From IMG/VR virus record IMGVR_UViG_3300048609_000068, positions 11,412-75,411 of that record: 64,000 nt of DNA; one strand, given 5' to 3'. Below the pieces are notes generated by a model. That model saw only the letters and a list, made by a program, of their open reading frames with translations. It made no database searches and was not told the DNA's origin. The translations under genes were made by a program, and so were the position numbers. The number at the start of each line of letters is the position of its first letter. The first letter of the stretch is position 1. Shown here piece after piece: positions 57,830 through 64,000 of this stretch. The DNA comes from a virus (taxonomy: Duplodnaviria; Caudoviricetes).

Positions 57830-58745
57830 TTCTCAAATTTCGTGTGCTCCCGTAGTGAGTCCCGCAATAATCGCACACGTAGTTCCCGTTCACGATTCCT
57901 AAAGATCCTCCACATCCCTCACAGGTTTTCCGCTGTATGACCTTCTTTCCAAGTTCCATCATCTGTCCCTCTAGCTCCTTGTCGTGCTTGATCTTCGAGA
58001 CGGTTCTGTCTGCGACCATCTCTGCCAGATCTTCCATGTCTGGTAAATTTACGCTCTCCGTGTCGTTACCCATTGGTATGAATATATTCGGTCTTTGAAG
58101 CTTAGGAATCTCCTTAGTAACGGGTACGATAATGAGCATAATTAGATGTAATATAAGACTGATAAGACCCACTAACAACCATGGGGATAATTCGTACACA
58201 TAATTTTCCGTAACGTCATGTCGAAGTAGCGAAGTATGCATAAATGCAAAACCTGAATCGTAGTTTATTTTGATCCACTCTCCTATTTTTTCTACAAAAT
58301 TGATCTGTGTTCCTGGGTCAGCGGTGTCAAAGATCTTGCATGTCATACTGGGTGCTGCACGGACGTTAGCAGCGTTGGTGACGAACCATCCGTTGTCTAT
58401 CGGTTCATTATTATAGGTCTGCCAAGATTTGTAAGATCCTAGTCCTAAAAATAGATAGATAAGGATCAAGGAGGCTACCCCGGTAAGATGCCATCTCCAT
58501 GTGCTTCTTGAAAACGGAGCGTACATTGCTTTGGTGGACAGGCAGATGACATAAAGTACCGCAGGAAGAAGTATTCCGTAGAGGAAAATTCTATAGAGTA
58601 CCGGTCCTAATTTGCAGTAATCGATCAAAAACCAAAAGAAGCATACTGTTATAAAGATCCCTACGATGACAGTTTCTACTGGGCCTTCGTGGCTTTCATG
58701 TGGGCATCCTGGATTTTGGCAACTATTATGATCGTAGCTTCCCAT
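57825..58745 (-). CDS. Membrane protein with SH3b domain and C-terminal zinc ribbon
   Basis: Three N-terminal TM segments; TNAANVRAAPS...GEWIKI..GFAFMHTSLL (SH3_3); a further TM; CEGCG...VCDYCG; AAGGAG SD. Confidence 0.75.
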   Translation of the reverse strand: MGSYDHNSCQNPGCPHESHEGPVETVIVGIFITVCFFWFLIDYCKLGPVLYRIFLYGILLPAVLYVICLSTKAMYAPFSRSTWRWHLTGVASLILIYLFLGLGSYKSWQTYNNEPIDNGWFVTNAANVRAAPSMTCKIFDTADPGTQINFVEKIGEWIKINYDSGFAFMHTSLLRHDVTENYVYELSPWLLVGLISLILHLIMLIIVPVTKEIPKLQRPNIFIPMGNDTESVNLPDMEDLAEMVADRTVSKIKHDKELEGQMMELGKKVIQRKTCEGCGGSLGIVNGNYVCDYCGTHYGSTRNLRI

Positions 58746-58769
58746 TCTCTTCTCCTTGTGTCATACTAA

Positions 58770-58798
58770 TTATCGCACGCGGTGAACTTTTTGACCAA
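58770..58798 (-). promoter_or_regulatory. Third, degenerate copy of the cassette promoter motif TTGGWCAAAA-N13-CGATAA
   Basis: Minus strand TTGGTCAAAAAGTTCACCGCGTGCGATAA has the same 29-nt spacing as in the two repeats (56961-56989, 57796-57824). Confidence 0.6.
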
Positions 58799-58818
58799 GG
58801 TTATTTTTCGCGTATGAT
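58791..58818 (+). promoter_or_regulatory. Sigma70-type promoter for ligA, back-to-back with the cassette promoter
   Basis: TTGACC (58791-96)-N16-TATGAT (58813-18). Confidence 0.55.
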
Positions 58819-58837
58819 GTCCTACAAAGGAGCCAAC

Positions 58838-60718
58838 ATGGACAAAAACAAACTGGAAAAACTCATCGAAGAAGCGCAGGAAGCTTACTACAATGGGGAT
58901 CCGTTCCTCACTGACACGGAGTATGACCGTATTCTTGAAGAGCTCTCTGCGATTGACCCTATGCACCCCCTGATCACCAAGGTAGGTGCTCCTCCGCATC
59001 TCAAGAAGGTCCGACATCGGATTCCCATGGGGTCTCAAAGTAAAGTCCACACATCCGAGGAGTTCCTTCATTGGGCGAATAAAACTAAGGAATCGCGGTT
59101 TGTAGCGCAGGAAAAGATCGATGGAGCCTCCGTCGAGTTTATTTACAAATCAGGAAGACTTGTCCAAGCAATTTCAAGGGGTGATGGTTTTTTAGGCGAG
59201 GATGTTACGTCCACAGTGCTCCTTATTCCCAGGATTTCTCAGGCGGAGATGCCCTGGTCTGGAAGCCTTCGTGGCGAGGTCGTGATCTCCAAAAAGAAAT
59301 TCGAGCGCTATTTAAAGGATGACGGCTACGCGAACCCAAGGAACGCAGCGGCAGGGATTCTTCGGAGAAAAATTCCTAAACATGCCGAACAGCTCTCTGT
59401 TTATTTTTTTGACGCGCTACGGGATCCCCCTCTTGCTACGGAACTCCAGAAGATGCTCCTTATTAAAGACCTGGGATTTTTTCCTGCCCCCTTTATTTAC
59501 TCCTCACTGGAAGGAATCGAGCGGTGGTATCAGAGTTACCAGGACTGTCTTAGAGCAACGCTACCATACGACATCGATGGTCTGGTTGTCAAGGTGAATT
59601 CTACCCAGCGCCAGCAGGACCTCGGGGAGCAGGATAACCGACCAAAGGGTCAGATTGCTTGGAAGTTCGCAGCGTCCCTCCAGGAGAGCATCCTGGAGGG
59701 AATCGAATGGGACCTCGGGTTGACCGGCCGGATAACGCCTGTGGCCCTCCTGAAGCCCGTAGCCATAGGCGGGACGACGGTTACCCGAGCATCCCTGCAC
59801 AATGTATCCAACATCCAGAAGCTGGGAGCTTGGGTTGGCGCTACGGTCGTAGTGAGCAAGCGGGGGGACATCATCCCACAAGTAGATAAGGTCTTGAACC
59901 CAAAGAAGATTTCTGAAAAATTTGTCGTTCAGTGCCCGGTCTGCGCGACTCCTGCGAAGTCTGATGGAGAGTTCTTGGTGTGCCCGAACAGCGCCTGCCC
60001 GGCCAAAGTAAAGGGGGACCTCCTCAAGTGGATCCGAATCCTTGGGATCGACCTCGCGGGGGACCACTTTGTGGATGCCGTCGCAGACGCGGGCTTGGTT
60101 ACGGATCCATCCGGACTCTACCGTCTGACCCAAAAAGATCTTCTCCGGCTTGACCGTTTTGGATCCAAGAGCGCTGATAAGGTCCTAAAGAATATTCAGC
60201 AATCCAAATCCCTGGACCTCCCGCAATTTCTTGCTGGACTAAACATCCAGGGAATCAGCATTGCGACCTTTGAAGCGATTCAAAATGCTGGATACCACAC
60301 GATCGACCAGATATTGAATCTTACTTTGGATCAGCTTATTTTGATCTCTGGAATTGGGGAAATTACCGCAAAAATTATTCTAAACGGGTTGGCCAAGAAA
60401 AAACCGATTATCAAGCTTCTCCTGAAAGAAGGAATAAAAATCAAGGAAAAAGGTCAAGGGAAGCTCATAGGACAATCCTTCTGCTTTACAGGGCAGATTT
60501 CGATCACGCGGTCTGCCGCGCAACAGCTCGTCAAAAACTTGGATGGAGACATAAAGAGCAGCGTCTCGAAAGGGTTGACATACTTGGTCCAGGCGAACGC
60601 TACCTCGAAATCGACAAAGACAAAGAAGGCCCAAGCGTATGGAACGAAAGTGATCGGAGAGGAAGAATTTTTTCAGATTGTAGACTTTTCTTTTAATAAA
60701 TTGAAGAAGATGACGTAA
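58838..60718 (+). CDS. ligA: NAD-dependent DNA ligase
   Basis: AYYNGDP.LTDTEYD, HRIPMGSQSK, EKIDG (adenylated Lys), RGEV, NPRNAAAG, DGLVVK, GLTGRITPV, RASLHN, RGDIIPQV, C4 zinc finger, HhH and BRCT; start at ATG 58838 (AAGGAG SD). Confidence 0.97.
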   Translation: MDKNKLEKLIEEAQEAYYNGDPFLTDTEYDRILEELSAIDPMHPLITKVGAPPHLKKVRHRIPMGSQSKVHTSEEFLHWANKTKESRFVAQEKIDGASVEFIYKSGRLVQAISRGDGFLGEDVTSTVLLIPRISQAEMPWSGSLRGEVVISKKKFERYLKDDGYANPRNAAAGILRRKIPKHAEQLSVYFFDALRDPPLATELQKMLLIKDLGFFPAPFIYSSLEGIERWYQSYQDCLRATLPYDIDGLVVKVNSTQRQQDLGEQDNRPKGQIAWKFAASLQESILEGIEWDLGLTGRITPVALLKPVAIGGTTVTRASLHNVSNIQKLGAWVGATVVVSKRGDIIPQVDKVLNPKKISEKFVVQCPVCATPAKSDGEFLVCPNSACPAKVKGDLLKWIRILGIDLAGDHFVDAVADAGLVTDPSGLYRLTQKDLLRLDRFGSKSADKVLKNIQQSKSLDLPQFLAGLNIQGISIATFEAIQNAGYHTIDQILNLTLDQLILISGIGEITAKIILNGLAKKKPIIKLLLKEGIKIKEKGQGKLIGQSFCFTGQISITRSAAQQLVKNLDGDIKSSVSKGLTYLVQANATSKSTKTKKAQAYGTKVIGEEEFFQIVDFSFNKLKKMT

Positions 60719-60746
60719 TTATAGGATTGTTGAAGCCGTGGTTTTG

Positions 60747-60782
60747 GGAGCCCCCCAGCCCACACCGACCCTGGGGGGCTCC
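60747..60782 (+). terminator. Strong GC hairpin downstream of ligA
   Basis: GGAGCCCCCCAG-(12 nt)-CTGGGGGGCTCC perfect 12-bp stem; no U-tract on the + side, a short TTTT on the left. Confidence 0.5.
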
Positions 60783-60790
60783 TACGGTTA

Positions 60791-60961
60791 ATGACTAATA
60801 AAGAAAAATATATCGAAAAATTAGCAAAGCTGGCCAAGTTGAAAAAGACTAATTTTATATTTGACCAAGCGATTCTCGATCTGATGGACGAGCTTGGCGC
60901 CCTCTACCAGCTTCTTTCAGAAAAAGAAATCGAAGAAATCCTTTTGGAATCGAAAACATGA
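60791..60961 (+). CDS. Small helical protein (56 aa, below the ORF-track cutoff)
   Basis: MTNKEKYIEKLAKLAKLKKTNFIFDQAILDLMDELGALYQLLSEKEIEEILLESKT*, ATGA-coupled to the next gene. Confidence 0.55.
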   Translation: MTNKEKYIEKLAKLAKLKKTNFIFDQAILDLMDELGALYQLLSEKEIEEILLESKT

Positions 60962-61797
60962 CCGAGGCAAACATCATTGGATATCTCATCTGGTGGCGAT
61001 TTTGGCCCATGTACGTCAACTACGATGCTTTACAGAGACTCATCCATAAAGTGGAAATTGACTATACGCTTCCTCCTCTAAAATACCGTACTGCATTCCT
61101 CAAGGCGGTCCAGGAAATAAAAAGGACTTATAGAAACAAAGGGATATTGGTTCGGAGACTTTATAAAAGTAAGAATCTGATCAAAGTCAGTCTGATCGAG
61201 GAGCAAGTAGACAGAGAGTCTATTTGTCACACGTATCCAACGATTCTTTCCTTTGACCCAATTCAAGGAAAAATAACGTGTCCGCAACCCCACCGTGGAT
61301 TTGATCTGATTCAGTGCGCGTATCAGCAGTATCTGAATTCCTATAACGTTGACGATATTCGGATCTGTCTTGTAGAGATTCTTCAGCCTGCCCTTCCGAT
61401 TAATTTCAGGCAACACGGTGGATTTTACTTTGTGGGTGTTGAGCATTTTGAGCTTATTCGTAAACTGGAGCAGCTTGTTTACTGTCTTCCAGGAAAATGT
61501 ATTTTCTGTGCTATTCCCCAGATCGATTCAGACAGAACAAAAAGGGCAATGTCTGTTGCCCTGGACGATTCCTTGGAATACCAGATCAAGACGCTCGATC
61601 AAGATGTCCGTGGCTCTACAAAGCACCCGCAAGGATTGTTTATTCCTGCATCATTGCACAAGCGTCTGCGTGTGATCGAATCGATGCAGAAACAGATTGA
61701 CACGTACAAAGACATTCTGGTGTTTGATTCTGAAAAACATATTAATAATCTTGCAGCACTTCGGAAGCTCGTGCGTGAAAGACTTTATCTTGACTGA
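60958..61797 (+). CDS. DUF6744-like protein
   Basis: GYLIWW...LP...TAFLKAV...GGFYFV pattern (recalled from memory, not searched). Confidence 0.45.
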   Translation: MTEANIIGYLIWWRFWPMYVNYDALQRLIHKVEIDYTLPPLKYRTAFLKAVQEIKRTYRNKGILVRRLYKSKNLIKVSLIEEQVDRESICHTYPTILSFDPIQGKITCPQPHRGFDLIQCAYQQYLNSYNVDDIRICLVEILQPALPINFRQHGGFYFVGVEHFELIRKLEQLVYCLPGKCIFCAIPQIDSDRTKRAMSVALDDSLEYQIKTLDQDVRGSTKHPQGLFIPASLHKRLRVIESMQKQIDTYKDILVFDSEKHINNLAALRKLVRERLYLD

Positions 61798-61805
61798 GGT
61801 TCTTC

Positions 61806-62210
61806 ATGGTATCAACAAAACGACAAAAATATAAGTCTCCAAGGTTGAAGGAAATTACTCGTGCGCGTGAGAGAAGACTCATGACACTGCATGACATGGC
61901 AAAAAGGCTGATTATATCTCCTACAAGTGTTAAGTCTTATGAGCAGGGAGGTTATGCGCCCCCTCCAGAAACTTGGGCAAAGATGAAAGTTATTTTGGAT
62001 CTCCCGGGGGATATGTCAGATTATTGGCCAGACCGTCTGCCAAAAGGAAGACCTGTTGTTGTAGACCCCAATGCATTGTGTGAACGTCCGAATTGCTCCG
62101 AAAAGGCTTTTAGGAGTGGTCTTTGTTTGAGGCATTACAGACAAAAGCTTCGTAGAAGGAAAAAGGTAGAAGAAGAAAGAATTAAAAATTTAGTAATACA
62201 CGAAAGTTAA
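61806..62210 (+). CDS. XRE/Cro-type HTH regulator with C-terminal C3H zinc finger
   Basis: LKEITRARERRLMTLHDMAKRLIISPTSVKSYEQG...P; CERPNCSEKAFRSGLCLRHY. Confidence 0.75.
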   Translation: MVSTKRQKYKSPRLKEITRARERRLMTLHDMAKRLIISPTSVKSYEQGGYAPPPETWAKMKVILDLPGDMSDYWPDRLPKGRPVVVDPNALCERPNCSEKAFRSGLCLRHYRQKLRRRKKVEEERIKNLVIHES

Positions 62211-62243
62211 ACGCATTTATTTAACTTATGTTATCCTTTTGGC

Positions 62244-62639
62244 ATGGCCCGAATTCTGATCGTCGATGAGAACGAGAGTCATATCGATCTTGTCAAGGAA
62301 GCGCTCCTGCAGTACAAGAATGAATACGTGTCGGAGTGGCGATTGGCGATCGATACGGCAAGAACTTTATCCCATGGGATGGATTTGGTCAAACGTCACA
62401 ATTATGAAATGATTATTGCAGATATACTCCTCGCGAACACGAACAGCTGGGACTTCCTGAAAACTGTGCGGAATCGATTTCCGCAAATTTTGAAGACGCC
62501 TGTGGTGATACTCTCTGAAGTAAGCGCTATTGATCTGGAGTACCAAGCGATCCGGTATGGCGCAAGCGCGTGGTTTACTAAGTTTCCTCCCATACAGCAT
62601 TTTGCGCGAGAGATATTTAAACTTCTTCAGGGGGCTTAG
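62244..62639 (+). CDS. Single-domain response regulator (CheY-like receiver)
   Basis: RILIVDE acidic pocket, MIIADILL (phospho-Asp), PVVILS (Ser/Thr), GASAWFTK (Lys). Confidence 0.9.
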   Translation: MARILIVDENESHIDLVKEALLQYKNEYVSEWRLAIDTARTLSHGMDLVKRHNYEMIIADILLANTNSWDFLKTVRNRFPQILKTPVVILSEVSAIDLEYQAIRYGASAWFTKFPPIQHFAREIFKLLQGA

Positions 62640-62648
62640 CGAGACGAT

Positions 62649-63038
62649 ATGGATATAGTAACGAGCTATTCTGGTCTGGTTGCTTTTGCGCTGACAGTTG
62701 TGCTGATTCCGCTACTGAAGTTTTCTTTTAGTCGCTTGTTCCGGCAGACAGATGAAACGGTCGAAAAACTTCATATTGTTGTAGAAGAAATAGAAACGAA
62801 ACTTGCAGTATTAGATAAAGAGATTGTGCGCATGCAGGAGCAGCTGAAAGAAACGCCAGAGCTAAGAAATAAGATTACGCAGCTGGAAAAAATCCGTGTG
62901 GAGATGCTGGAACGGTATCTTCCCCGGGGTGACTTTATTCGTGAAATACAGATCATGTCGAACCAGATGGAAGCGAACTGGAAAAAAACGGATCAGCTGG
63001 ATGGAAAATTAGAAAAACTAAAGGATTCCAAACATTGA
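62649..63038 (+). CDS. Membrane-anchored coiled-coil protein (holin/lysis-associated type)
   Basis: One N-terminal TM (GLVAFALTVVLIPLL), heptad coiled coil, YLPRGDFIRE motif. Confidence 0.55.
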   Translation: MDIVTSYSGLVAFALTVVLIPLLKFSFSRLFRQTDETVEKLHIVVEEIETKLAVLDKEIVRMQEQLKETPELRNKITQLEKIRVEMLERYLPRGDFIREIQIMSNQMEANWKKTDQLDGKLEKLKDSKH

Positions 63039-63277
63039 TACAGCAGTACGCACAGTTGATTGATAAAATGAGCAAAGGAGATGCTTCTGCGGTGTTGCTG
63101 TATCAATGCGATGTCTGTTGTGGTAGGATCTCTTTGGAAGAAGCGGTCATGATCGATCTGCAAGTGAACATTAATAAAGTATCAGACCTTTTGGATCGGA
63201 TGCTCCGTGCAGTAGATACAATTGCGAGGACCCATGAACAAGGGAGAATTAGCAGCTGCAGTACAGACAGGGGATAA
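63035..63277 (+). CDS. Hypothetical protein (start uncertain)
   Basis: Overlaps upstream stop; CDVCC motif. Confidence 0.35.
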   Translation: MIQQYAQLIDKMSKGDASAVLLYQCDVCCGRISLEEAVMIDLQVNINKVSDLLDRMLRAVDTIARTHEQGRISSCSTDRG

Positions 63278-63440
63278 CCCCTGGGTACGTCTCCGGGACG
63301 GTCTGAGGATCAGTCTTGTAGAAGTATATGATCTGAAGGCGGGTATCTTTATAGGGAAGTTTATTCCATGTGCAAAAAATGCCAAAACCTATAAAGTAAT
63401 GTTCAATGAAGTGGCTGAATTTATCGGAAAGAAGGACTGA
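63234..63440 (+). CDS. Small hypothetical protein
   Basis: GAGGA SD before ATG 63234. Confidence 0.45.
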   Translation: MNKGELAAAVQTGDNPWVRLRDGLRISLVEVYDLKAGIFIGKFIPCAKNAKTYKVMFNEVAEFIGKKD

Positions 63441-63441
63441 C

Positions 63442-63630
63442 ATGCTCCAACTCAGAAAAGTCATTGCCCAATATGAACAGCAAGTCCCTCCACAGCAACC
63501 GCTCAAACGGAACAAAGTTCACTTCCGGTTGGACGACCAGCTCCATCAAGCGCTCCGGATGTACGTTGCGCAACATGGGTTGAACGTTCAGCAGCTCATG
63601 GAAGACCTCGTTCGAAGGACTGCGATCTAG
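63442..63630 (+). CDS. Ribbon-helix-helix DNA-binding protein
   Basis: KVHFRLDDQLHQALRMYVAQHGLNVQQLMEDLV matches the RHH (CopG/ParG/Arc-like) pattern. Confidence 0.7.
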   Translation: MLQLRKVIAQYEQQVPPQQPLKRNKVHFRLDDQLHQALRMYVAQHGLNVQQLMEDLVRRTAI

Positions 63631-63714
63631 AGGCGCGCCGTTAATTCTTTTATTAACAAGGATTTATTGGCTTTTGATGCTCAAAATGCGGTAGTTGAAG
63701 CGCGCCGAAGGATC

Positions 63715-63742
63715 TTGACTTTTTCCGGTTCTTTTCTAGAAT
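63715..63742 (+). promoter_or_regulatory. Sigma70-type promoter
   Basis: TTGACT (63715-20)-N16-TAGAAT (63737-42). Confidence 0.55.
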
Positions 63743-63758
63743 AGATCCACGAGGACAC

Positions 63759-64000
63759 ATGCTTATACCGTATTCTTCAGAGGACCAACTCTCTTACTTG
63801 GAGGAGAGCTCTGCTTGCTCCGTGATCTACCGGGATACCGTGCAGCGCCTGGTCTCTACAGTCCGTTGTGCATGGGCTGCGATGGAACGGATGGAGCAGG
63901 AAGTCGAAGAAAAAAAGAAGGCGTATGATGCGGGACTGCATGCAGGACTCCTGATGATCAAGGAACTTTCTGAAAGGATGTTCAATGTCAAGATCCCTGT
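63759..64000 (+). CDS. Hypothetical protein (5' part, runs off the window)
   Basis: GAGGA SD then ATG 63759; open to the end (MLIPYSSEDQLSYLEESS...). Confidence 0.55.
   Translation, partial: MLIPYSSEDQLSYLEESSACSVIYRDTVQRLVSTVRCAWAAMERMEQEVEEKKKAYDAGLHAGLLMIKELSERMFNVKIP

Noticed and set aside
1-64000. Stop-codon reassignment, as in some large phages
   Set aside because: Standard-code ORFs tile the window densely with full-length products, and TAA, TAG and TGA all end genes.
1-64000. tRNA or other structured RNA genes
   Set aside because: No intergenic gap shows cloverleaf or T-loop (GTTCRA) signatures; gaps are short.

Overview
This window is the virion-morphogenesis region of a large contractile-tailed (myovirus-type) dsDNA bacteriophage. 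It uses the standard genetic code and is almost entirely on the + strand. Gene order: portal; an insert of amidase, metalloprotease and Cas4/AddB-like nuclease; prohead protease; scaffold; decoration protein; HK97-type major capsid protein; head-tail adaptor; a free-standing LAGLIDADG homing endonuclease; a 14-kb block of paralogous fibre/lectin genes (three mosaic LamG proteins, several with signal peptides); neck, tail terminator, sheath and tube; chaperone pair with an A9 -1 frameshift site; tape measure; baseplate (interrupted by an antisense DHH gene); three beta-helix/Kelch/Ig receptor-binding candidates; and a tail fibre. After this comes a minus-strand cassette of three envelope-targeted genes sharing one promoter motif, including a Cys-rich lipoprotein and a type IV pilin-like chimera. 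The window ends with an NAD-dependent DNA ligase and a small regulatory cluster (XRE-HTH, orphan response-regulator receiver, holin-like protein, RHH). No terminase, tRNA, CRISPR array, integrase or reverse transcriptase was seen. The pilin-like domain, Cys-rich lipoprotein, TWEWDG Kelch repeats and GC-rich capsid codons suggest a Gram-negative deltaproteobacterial (Myxococcota-like) host; this is inference. Family names come from motif recognition by eye, not from database searches.
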